From Phoronis australis (lineage: Eukaryota > Animalia > Phoronida), in assembly GCA_002633005.1 (NCBI GenBank), contig NMRA01000022.1, positions 238,056 to 302,055 on the forward strand: a DNA stretch of 64,000 nucleotides, read 5' to 3'. The position numbers were made by a program, and so were the translations under genes. The notes under the pieces are model-generated. The model was not told the DNA's origin and did no database searches. It saw only the letters and a program-made list of their open reading frames with translations. Within the stretch, counting starts at the first letter, position 1. The number at the start of each line of letters is the position of its first letter. Below, in pieces: positions 53,851-64,000 of the stretch.

Positions 53851-53893
53851 TATTTATTTATTTGTATTTATTTGTATTTATTTGTATTTATTT
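53851..53893. repeat. (TATTTATTTG)n simple repeat
   Basis: Direct inspection. Confidence 0.85.
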
Positions 53894-56800
53894 TCAATGA
53901 AATGGACACCGAAGTTAGATTTAGTATTAATGGATACATCTGACAAACTCAGTTGTGTAATTTCAAGCTGTATTTTTTCGAAAAATAAGCAAACCGGTCC
54001 AAATATCCTTAGCTTGACATGTTACTTATAAGAAAATTCTTGTTAGCCTTACGTGTATTACGTATTTAAAACATGCTCGAAGTATCTTTTAGGTGTGGAA
54101 ATTATTAAATATGGTGTCTCTATTATAATATGAACTTTTAGAATGAAAATCCTTTCAGTTAGGATTGAATAACCTAACCATTCTTCTGTTTGACTTCCAT
54201 TCGTGTTCTACTTTATTGACCTAGTTTGACGTGAGTATATACAAATATTAGCTTGCCAGGTCAGATGAGGTCAATACCTCTAACACTGTCTATTGAGATT
54301 ATGTTCCACTAGCTGCCAGCTCCACTTGACGAGCGCTCCGATTTCCACAAGCGCCTGACATGTTCTTCTGAATCGTCACAAGTTTAGTGGGCCAGATCTG
54401 AAACTACTTGGGAAATACTAGTTCAGGAAGGTGTTTTGATTGTGGTGAGTAATGATGTTCGTTGAGACCATTAATCTCCTCAGCTCATATGAATGGCCTC
54501 CAAGTATTTGCTCCTCGCACACATGTGTAGATGAGAACAGCCTACAAGCTGAAGGGCAACCAGGCTTGGTTATGTAATGGTGGCTAGACACAGGCTTATC
54601 CTGTTGACCAAGTTGTTATGGCTGACCTATCATAGGCAGTGAACAGTGATAATTGGACACTATTGACCTGTCTAATCCAATTATTGTCATGATATTGGCT
54701 CTTGAGGATATGGTGTATAGGCTCTTGTCTAATGGAGGTTTTATTTCATTGGAAAGGTGTAAACTTTCAAGCTGGTGAGGCATTTTGACACAGTAGTTGT
54801 TCCTTAGTGGACCCTAGCCTAGCCATTCCGAATATAGGTATTCATGACATGTCATGTTAATAGTTGAAGATGATTATCAACTCTGCTGGAGTGTGGTGGT
54901 ACTTCACAACATTTTCATCATAACTTTCCCTGGCCAATGTCTACAATCAAGCCAAATTAGGAGGAACCCGCCCAGGACTTAAGCTAAGTCAACCTGTATG
55001 CAGTACAGTAAATTGTTTGAGACTTATGAAGTGGCAAGTTGTGATCTAATGGGTATTGTAAACCAAGGTCATTGCAGTTCTGTTGCATTGTTGTGTTAGT
55101 GAACATGGTTCAGAGGTTCATCCTTGATTTCAAAAATAGGGTCTCCAAAATGTATTTCCTAATTTCTCAGGGCGTCCATCATCAGTGACATACATGTTTA
55201 TGACTTCAAGTCAATTTGCCAGTTAAGTGTGTTATGTTACTTTGGCGACATGGTTTTGTAATAAAATGTTTGTGTCTTTCATCTTTTCTAAATAAACAAT
55301 TTTATTCTGGACCAGCCAGCGAGGTCTGGAACTGCTCCTGGCAAGTTAATACAGATATACGATTTCTTACTCTCTTACTTTACTTGAGCCTCCAAATGCT
55401 AAACACGGTGCCCATGCTAGGGTGTCTAAATTTGAGTTAGAGTGCCCATTTGGACACCTTGGACACCCTCTAGACCAAGGCCTGGTATTTAGATGCATGC
55501 GTGCATGCTTTGATTCTCTAGGTTGCTTACTCAAATTAATATATTCATGAAACACCTTGTACAAGACCCCTAACACAGGCTGTTAAGCAAGTACCAGGTC
55601 TGGGTAAAGTTTCATTGATGGGAGAATCACGCTTAGGAAGCCAGTGTGAACATGTGCTTTGCTTGCAATACATGGCTATGTCTTACGAAGAGAGTTCTTG
55701 CTGTTCTTGCCAGAAACTAGGTCAACAGAACGCTTCTCACATACTAATCACCAGGTTGGTAGACTATTCTTTTCTGTTTGCGCTCTCAGTTCACGATGAA
55801 TATTAGTCCTGGTGAATATTTAATGATGAAAGCGCATTACTGGGAAACTGTTTCCAGAAGACAAATGCTTGGCTGTTTCTGTATCATCCCTCTACATCCC
55901 GTTAAGTGACAGTTGAATGCACATAAATCTGGTGGAATTTGACCCAGTGGCACCTTTATGGGTTTTAAATGTTTGTTCAGTCAATAACCCCTGGTCAAAG
56001 CACTCTCCTTCATTCCCCTGGATACTAGAAAAAATTAAAGTTGGCTGTACGTAAACATACACAGAGAGGACAGCATGTTGTCAACATATTCACCTGGAGT
56101 GTACTATAGTGACAAGAGTGCTAATATGACAAATTAAGATGGATGATGTTGGAAGCTGTTGAATAACCATTTCTAGGGTGTGTGTATGCTTGAACATGCC
56201 CTAGACTGGTTCTTTAAGTTATCTCCATGGCAACCTATGGAGTGTTACAATACTGCCATGGGCATTTTCTCAGTAACAAGTTATTTCTGTTCTGCTGCAA
56301 CTTGGCCCAAGTTTTTGTATGGAATTCTCGGTGTTTTATGCTGCTGTTGCTATTTGGCGAGATTGAGATTGAGCAGTAAGCGCTATTTAGAAATATTCCA
56401 GCAGTTTCCTCCACATTTTAAAGCTTTTCTTTCATGTAAATATAGAAAAATTTCATTGATTCATTTGTCATCACAGCGCACTTGTGGAATTTTATTTTCC
56501 CAGTTCTTTATGAGACATATGTAGTACAAAATCACTGAATAATGTACATCACGTGTTGCTGTACAAGGCCACTTTTTAGCCTGAGATTTTGCTATGTCTT
56601 GTATCCACTATGTAAGGTGTGCAAAATGAAATTCCTACACACCAACATGTCCATAATCAAAATAAGTTTGTCTCACATTGAAACTGAGAATGTGCTTATG
56701 GTATCACGCATTCACAGCCTTGTGAACAGTTCTGTTTCCATGGTGAATTGTTAGAAATATCCCCTTGTAATTTTCCGAACAAAAAAAATCATTTGGGACA

Positions 56801-57779
56801 CAAATTTGTTGGAATTCTGAGTTCCGGTAAATTGTGCTGTAATGCCGGGGGGGAAAATTATTCATCACCTACATGTTTTGTTGAGTCAATTAATAATTCC
56901 AATTATTGTATGTATGATAAGACCACTGGTTGTGGTGTGTAAGCTTTACTGTACTGACTGTGTACCAGTAGTGTCAGTGTCTGCCAATAGGGGCGACATA
57001 ACTTTGCAGTATTCATGAATCCTTTGTGGTCACGGCCGTTTGTGGAGTTTCCTGTGTATTTCTTTCCTGAAATATTTTCAGGATTTCAAAAGGCATAGGA
57101 ATGGCACTTGTATCATTTGTTCCAGTGGTGAGTCATGATACGATTCCTTTTGCATTTGTCGGAAGGTGTAGATTCTAAAGGAAGGTACTATAGCACTCCT
57201 TAGAAGTTCTCAAAGATTGTACCTAGTATGTCCAGGGTGGAGCTAAGAGTCTAGAGTATCTAGTGATGTTTTGAACCATCTAACTATATATTGGATGGTG
57301 CACATTTTTAGACACCTGAACTCCTAACAGTCTCACTCTCAGGTTATGTAGGATGCTAGAAAAACTTCTAAGTTTGGCAAACTTCGGAAATTGTATCTCA
57401 GGAGTTGAAACTTTTAGGTAGGATAAAATCAACAATTTCATAGGAATATAATCGCCAAAATTGCCCTTTTCATCTTACAAGAACTCCTAACATAATTCTG
57501 AGTGACCGCAGTTTTTCAGAATGACATCTGATGTTAGATGTGCACCTATTGAACTTGAATATGGCAGAGCATTATTTTGGTGTTACCTTAATTGTTTATG
57601 AAAAAATGAGAAATTAAAATTTTACTTGGTCATATGACATAAAGTAGAGAGATTTTACCATACTATACTTTATGCATTATTCTTAGCAATGCTGTTTATT
57701 GTTTTTAAAATGCTTCAAGTTTGCATGAAGAGGTATCAAAGAATTTCATGCAAAAATTCAAATGTTACAGAGAATGAAA

Positions 57780-58080
57780 GCTTAACGATGATTTAGAAAA
57801 CTACGTTGTTCAGATTTCATCAGATCTTGAACATCTTGAACATCTATGTCGCACAAAATTTGGTCACCTTATTGATTCAGTAGTTTACCCATTATTGTAC
57901 TTTTCTTTTTACTAATTTTTGGTATTGATCTGATCATTTGATCCAAGGAATGGTAGATTGGTTTAAAGTATAGAATCAAATTCTAATGGCTTTCTGTTTC
58001 CCAAAAATGCATTACTCCGCTTAGTGAGTAAATATCTTAAGTTTTGTCGGTATTTGGCTGAAAACACAGACTTTAGCGGA
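57780..58080 (+). repeat. dispersed AT-rich repeat homologous to ~61085-61350
   Basis: Shared gatgatttagaaaa, ttgaacat(c/t)tat, agttttgt(c/a)g(g/a)tatttggc blocks in the same order. Confidence 0.55.
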
Positions 58081-58470
58081 TAAGGTTCTACTTAACCTTC
58101 AGTGTGTCTATCCTTCCTATCTAGTTGTTCGTGTGTGTGTTCACGTCAGTCCAAATGCCCTGTCTACACACACACCCATTAGTCACATACAATTTAGTAA
58201 AGACACTAATAAGACACAGTTACTAACATGGTGAAGCGAAAAAGCAGGACATCTGGATATGTGATATGGCTGAGAGAAATGTCCGCCGCATCACCTAACA
58301 TATGCCGACGACAGTTTTTTTAGTCCTGTCCTTGAAATGGGACGGGGACTCGGAGGTAGACCGTTAAGTTAAGCCACGCATGAGTGTACATTACTATTTT
58401 CTCGTGTTTCAAAAAACGGGACATTCTGATGCTGTGACTGGATGCGAGACATAGCTGCGAAATATGGAAC

Positions 58471-58803
58471 AAGTCTGCTAAAAGCGGCACAGTTCTGCTA
58501 AAAGTGGGACAGTTCTGCTAAACGTGGGACAGTTCTGGTAAAAGCAGAATAGTTCTGCTAAACACGGGACCGTTTTGCTAAAAGCAGGACAGATCTGGTA
58601 AAAGTGGGACAGTTCTGGTAAAAGTGGGACAGTTCTGCTAAAAGTGAGACAGTTCTACTAAAAGCAGAATAGTTCTGCTAAACACGGGACCGTTTTGCTA
58701 AAAGCAGGACAGTTCTGCCAGAAGCGGGATAGTTCTGCTAAAAATGGGACAGTTCTGCTAAAAGTGGGACAGTTCTGCTAAAAACGTAACAGTTCTGCTA
58801 AAG
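58471..58803. repeat. 20-bp minisatellite, ~16-17 copies (agttctgctaaaagtgggac)
   Basis: Exact 20-nt periodicity visible in the columns. Confidence 0.95.
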
Positions 58804-59917
58804 CATAATTTTTGAGTTAATATGTTTCATGTTCTTTGTGATTTGAGGTAAAGCATGTTTGAATTTTCTCGAACTTTCACTCGGTCGTATATGACAATCA
58901 GAGAGTGCAAGCAGTGTTCTCACCAGGATCTAAACTGAGCTAGGTGAGAATGACGGGTCACTGCCACTTGTTTTGTTGAGGTAAGTGTCATACTAATGAC
59001 CTTTGTGTTCTGTGTTTCGGAATAATAACGCTATAAGATGCAGACTGCAGCAGGGGTTAGATTAGCGTGAAAATTGTTTACAAGTTGAGGCCAAGTGGAA
59101 GCACCGTAATCACAAAAGATACGATAATCTATCAAAAGCTGAGTGTGCGAGCTCAAAATGTGAGCGGTATAGTCAAATATTCAAAGTGAGACTACTGCAG
59201 TGGGATTTTAAAGTACGACTCTTTGCTGAAGTGGCTGTGCGTGGGCTTTGAATATTTCCTGCACTGATCTCCAGTCCTTCAATACTGTCTGATATCTAAC
59301 AATGGCCTGTGGCAGATAAATGCAGTCACAACACCAGTGAATGTGGTGCCATTGACTTAGTGCTAGACCACTAGGTCATCAGGCCAACAGCCCTTGTTAT
59401 CTCTACAAACACATTACTCTCTTCTTCTCCAACATGGAAATTAGAGCTGCATTCTCCCTCAGTCATGTAAGTGCTATTTGTTGCAGCACGATGTTCAGTT
59501 AGGTTTGTGGAGAGTCCGTCACAATAGGAATCATTACGTCGAATTATGAACTCAGAAAGTGAGTTACTTTCCGTAAACGTAGGTTGTTTTTGTGATTTTT
59601 TAGTTTGAAGCCATTGAGAAAATTTGTATTCCATGGATTGTTTGAAAAGTTTTTCCATTTAAAACTGCGTAGATTTATTGAAAAATGCCAGTTTTCTTTT
59701 TCTGAGTGTTTCCCAGGGGATTTTTCTGAANTTTTACATAATTGTTGCCATGGTAGTCCACTTGAGTTTCAAGTAATTCACCTTTAAACCCAGTGACCAG
59801 CTGTTATCAGAATATGTTATTGAGCTGTTGTTCTTGAACAATGTCTTAGTTAAGGTCTGAACTCAACAACAGACACTCAGGTTTGGTTTCATAAACCAGA
59901 CCCACTGCCTTGGCGAT

Positions 59918-60042
59918 GTCACTGGTAGGGCCCCCCACCACATCCAAAGGGCAGATGAAGTCACAGGTAGGGCCCCCTACCACATTATCCAAAGGGCAGA
60001 TGAAGTCATAGGTAGGGCCCCCTACCACATTCCAAAGGGCAG
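59918..60042. repeat. 42-45 bp tandem repeat, ~3 copies (gtcacaggtagggccccctaccacattccaaagggcagatgaa)
   Basis: Units start at 59918, 59960, 60005. Confidence 0.9.
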
Positions 60043-60138
60043 GTGTACATTATTGCTATTATATTTAATCACACCGTTTTGTGGATTGTGGCCGCAACTG
60101 GGGTCCCTAGCCCTAGGTGCCCTAAGTTTTTTATGGAT

Positions 60139-62450
60139 TCAGTACATGCAGACCAATATAAAGTACCCAGCAGCTTCAAAATAACTTGTCATCCGGGCAA
60201 ATAGAATTCTAATTGAAGATCTAGTCAACTTCTTCATGAACTTAAGTGTTTTGCGAGATCCCAGGGAAATATTCATTGTTTTTGTAAGCTTTATCAGATC
60301 TGTAGGAGTTGGTGTAAAAAAAACTCGCTGAAAGCCGCCCTGTGAATGCAGTTGTAGTGTTTCATCTGTTTTCCTAATTTTCTCAAATGTCAGGCGTACT
60401 AATAACTGTGAAAGTATTGGTAAAGTAGCGTCCAAGTAGTTTGGTCTGTTTGTGAACTGTAACTGCTGGACTGGTATCCCTATGCATTGGCTCTGTTGTG
60501 TTATTGTATATGGACCACCAGCGTTAGTTTGAGTTGGTTTATGTCATGCATGTTTTGTCTAATATTCTTTCCCCGGTCCGCTTGGCAGTATGTAAACCTT
60601 TCATGGATTGTACCAGAGTTCCACTTGTTTCCTCTTGAAATTGGACCGTGCAGTGTACATAGTAATCAGTTGTCTTCATGTCTGTTGTGTATACTAATGC
60701 TAAAGCATCAGCAATGAGATTGTTCTTTTCATAACCACCATCACCAGGGACAACTGACTGGAAGGCAAAACAGTAGTTCAGAACCGTTCTAAGAGAAATT
60801 GTTGAACTTAAGTCTCTTTGTGCGTGTTCTTTTGCAGTGCTTGGGAAAGAAATGCACATTGTGGGATGTTCATGGTTATGTAGGACCTTAGAAAAATGTT
60901 CAATTTTGGTCATCCTCAGAGCCTATCTCAGAAGTGGTTGAACAGATTGGCATGAAATTTACAGATATTATGCTTTATGCCCTGTCCTCAAAAATGGCTG
61001 TTAGGAATTGTTTTAAAAATGTTCGAAAACATTATCAAAAATAGGTTTCGTATGAATAAAATTTTAAGTTGCAGTAAACAAAAACTAAATGATGATTTAG
61101 AAAAGTGTAGCGTTTCTGAATGTTTATTTTGAACATTTATATCATACCAAATTTCGTCAATGTACTTCATCCTGCTCTTTTGCTATGAATGTTCCTTCCT
61201 TTTGTGCTAATTTTTTTCTTAAAAAGCATGATTGGAGATTGATATAAAGTCGACAAAACATCTATGGAATTTCTACCTACAGAAAATATATACTTTTGCC
61301 AAGTTAAATTCTATAGTTTTGTAGATATTTGGCCAAACGGGAGATCCTCAAAGCCTTAATACGTTTTGATTTACCTGGAAATAAAACTGTGTTTGGTTTA
61401 TCACTTATGTCTTCCCTGGATTAGTTGCCCACAGTGTTGTCTCAAATATGGGTGTTGGTATTGAACACCAGTGCACCAGCTTCATTGCCTGCAGCTATTT
61501 TGAAAGGAATTGCCCTGCAATTTACATTGTTGGTGTTACTGGAAGCCAAACATGTAATGACACCAGACCCTCTGTTGGGTTCCAACAATGCTTTCCCATT
61601 TGGATATTATCAGTTGGCTGTGTTGAAATGTGATTTGCATTTTAATTGCCTAGATAGGATGGAACCACTATTTTTGCTGGTGGAATTTAAGAAATTCGCA
61701 TATTCGATGTTGTTGATTTTAAGCTAAAGGTTATGCCATGAAGCCTTCTGTTGGAGTCATAAGCCGCAGTTGGTCACTAAGTACGGTGAAACTTGTATAT
61801 TTTAACTACACTGAATGATGTGAAGTACACACACAACAATGGGATTTTTCTTGCTCCTTGAAGATGACTATCCCCTGAACATTCCTTGTTCATTCTGGTG
61901 AAGCTGTGCACCAGTGGCTTAGTAAATGCTGAATAATTGAGAGACTGTGATTGGATAACGGTCTTATTGTTGTGCTTGTTTAGAGACTTGCAAACTTGAT
62001 TGGCTGAATTTCATGCTGGAGTAAATATATCACATTCTCATTCATTGTGCTTACAGGTTTTAAAACAGTATTTCTTACCCACTAGCTAGCTCATTCATGT
62101 TCCATTGAATCTCCGGAAGCCAGTGTATTACCATGGGAATATTGCACAGTCCTTGAAAGCTGCTCTAGAAGGTTACTCTGCCACTATTCATTGTGGTGTG
62201 TGGAAATGGCCACTGTGTGCACCAATATGCCTTCACTACCTCTATGACCAAATGCAATGTAGGTCAGTGACTTGTGCAGCCACCATATGGTCAAGTGAGT
62301 TGGCCCATAACCTTGCAAGTGGCATGGTGTGTTGTTGTGTGCTCTGAAAACTTATCACCTCTTACACAGGGCAGTCAGCCCTTGAGAAATTTTGGCAAAT
62401 ATTTTAACTCCACATCTTTACTTGTCTTGGTTTGTGACTGGTCCATTTTC
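60139..62450 (-). pseudogene. decayed LINE ORF2 (APE endonuclease + RT, CR1/L2-like), interrupted by an insertion at ~60900-61400
   Basis: Ordered degenerate motifs on minus strand: SKDVELKYL..EVISF, HLQGY..GHRGSEGILVH, LVHSFTR, VLSDQ (endonuclease); IADALALVYT, VQSMKGLHTAKRTG (linker); PMHR..NRPT..LPILSQLL..QGGFQR..DLIKLT (RT). Confidence 0.6.
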
Positions 62451-62601
62451 TTCTCTGGGACGTAGCTCTCCTTTCTGCATAGTGGTGGTTTGCTTACTAG
62501 CTGTGTGTAATGGTGCAGATGTAATGGCTGACAAGCTGGAATTAGGTCTTGAAGTGTTACTCATGTAACTACCTACTCGGCTACTTCCTCTGAGTGGAGC
62601 A

Positions 62602-62746
62602 ATTGACCTATCGCAAGCTCCGTCCCCTTGAAAAATGTCTACCAACAAACAATAAGTTTTCCCCGGCAACGCGTTGTTTGTCAGGTAAAATGGCGGCTTG
62701 GAAACGAAGGTGTGTCAAGAATACTGCGTTCCTGGCGATAGAACAA
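62602..62746. mobile_element. second copy of the ATTGACCTATCGC MITE (opposite orientation)
   Basis: aaacaataag..ccggcaacg.gttgtttgtc..gtaaaatggc.gcttggaaa matches the reverse complement of 46655-46759. Confidence 0.7.
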
Positions 62747-63186
62747 GGGTGAGGTGTCCAAATTGATCCCATTTCTTTTGTTGCGAAATGCCGGTCCCAA
62801 AATGTTGTCTGGAGGCAAAAGAATGAGCTGCAGTAAGAAAAAGCTAAGTGAATTATTTGTCTCATCCTGTCGTAAGTTGGTTGGTTTTGCCATAACTTTG
62901 TAGTGTGGTCCGGAGAAATGTGCTATCTCCAAGATCGGATGTGACATTTGGGCTGACAAGATATACCTAATGTCATCCACAGACATTTTCAACCGTGGCT
63001 TTTGCATTCAGTTGCACTCCTTCAGCAGTGGTAATCTGACGACACTACACATCAAGTATGTGATAAGTCTCTGATGATGTTTAATCTAGCTTGATTGTAC
63101 TTTTTCACAACCACCGAATCATCCACTGATTGGCTGTAATGTAGTTTGACAACTTTCATCTTTCGTTATAGCGAAATAATGACCAG

Positions 63187-63430
63187 GGGGCTGTTCCAAG
63201 AAACTGACTTAAGTTCATTTTTGACTTAAGTCTAAGATTTGTCTTAATTTCCAAACTTTGAAACTTCCACATTTGGAAAGTCAAAATTAAGACAAAACTT
63301 GGCTCATACACTTAAGTCAAACTTAAGATATCTTTCTTGATTTGGTTTTGAGACAAATTTAACTTTTATTTTAAAATTTACTAAAATTTAAGATTTGTCT
63401 TAGCTAAGTCAGTTTTGTTGGAACGGGCCC
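63187..63430. mobile_element. palindromic MITE, Harbinger-like with CAG target duplication
   Basis: cag|ggggctgttccaagaaactgacttaag ... cttagctaagtcagttttgttggaacgggccc|cag; internal repeated cttaag / ttaagacaaa motifs. Confidence 0.75.
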
Positions 63431-64000
63431 CAGGCTTAGTGTGGAATATCACTTAGCACGATCTGACCTACCAGACACTGTAGAAATCATAAACCTTGAC
63501 TACGAAGCAGGTGAGAAGAGTGTGTCAATCTTACAAGAGAAAAATCGAGGCAAAAAGCATTAGTGGTCGTGTAATAAAACAAAAATAAACTGATCTCTTG
63601 GGCTTATCAAGTGATAGAGACCTCGAGAGAGAAGTAGTCTCTCCCTTGGTCCCCATACTGTGACATCACACTCGTGAACCATCCAAATGTGTATATTACT
63701 GTACAATATTTGTCTTTTCAGTTTGAAACACTGAAGCTTATGAGGGTGAGGTGCAATTTTCACCATTTTTTATTGCCGAGCACTTTTCCATGTGGTTCCA
63801 TTTCATCCTTAGGCTCCATTGTTTTACCTTTTTAGCATTTTGAAAATGATCACACAACTCTTTTGGAAGTTTCGCCATAAGTACTAATAGTTTTCTAACA
63901 GTCCTCATAAGTGTCATGTGGTGTTTTGTAAGTGTAAGTTAAACGAGTGTAATTAGAAATCCAAGCAGACAAGTAGAATGTTCTACCTGCATGGCGCGTA

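Noticed and set aside
54430-54800. CR1-like RT tail (GVLIVVSNDVR*DH ... FISLER) on the plus strand
   Set aside because: Only two short degenerate motifs; cannot be supported without a search
57082-57127. Candidate 46-nt plus-strand exon (ttttcag|...|gtgagt)
   Set aside because: Acceptor region resembles a dispersed repeat word (also near 37800) and there is no supporting frame or context
58471-58803. CRISPR-like appearance (10-bp constant + 10-bp variable)
   Set aside because: Variable parts are variants of one sequence, the period is only 20 bp, the context is eukaryotic and there are no cas genes
59731-59731. Single N base
   Set aside because: Assembly ambiguity, not biology
62681-63007. 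ORF1/esterase of the adjacent LINE
   Set aside because: Part of the frame lies in the 62602-62746 MITE and no GDSL/SGNH motifs are present

Overview
AT-rich eukaryotic (metazoan, probably invertebrate bilaterian) genomic DNA. The ORF track is mostly noise because genes are spliced. One complete gene can be assembled by hand: an 8-exon, minus-strand methylglutaconyl-CoA hydratase (AUH, crotonase family; CDS 13494->2953, 900 nt = 299 aa + stop, all introns GT-AG with matching phases). The remaining ~50 kb has no recognisable host coding exon. It looks like intron/intergenic DNA, possibly long introns of a divergent plus-strand transcript, and is full of non-autonomous transposons, decayed LINE ORF2 fragments, tRNA-derived SINE-like heads and mini/microsatellites. 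The most striking structure is a Helentron-associated (HINE/DINE-1-like) element family with 4 long copies and 1 fragment. Its internal ~115-160 bp tandem units each carry a CTCF-consensus-like motif (CCACTAGRKGGCRC), giving co-oriented arrays of 5-11 motifs per copy. A second repeat with different unit sequence at ~1.5-2.2 kb carries the same motif. All family assignments are by eye; no database search was run.
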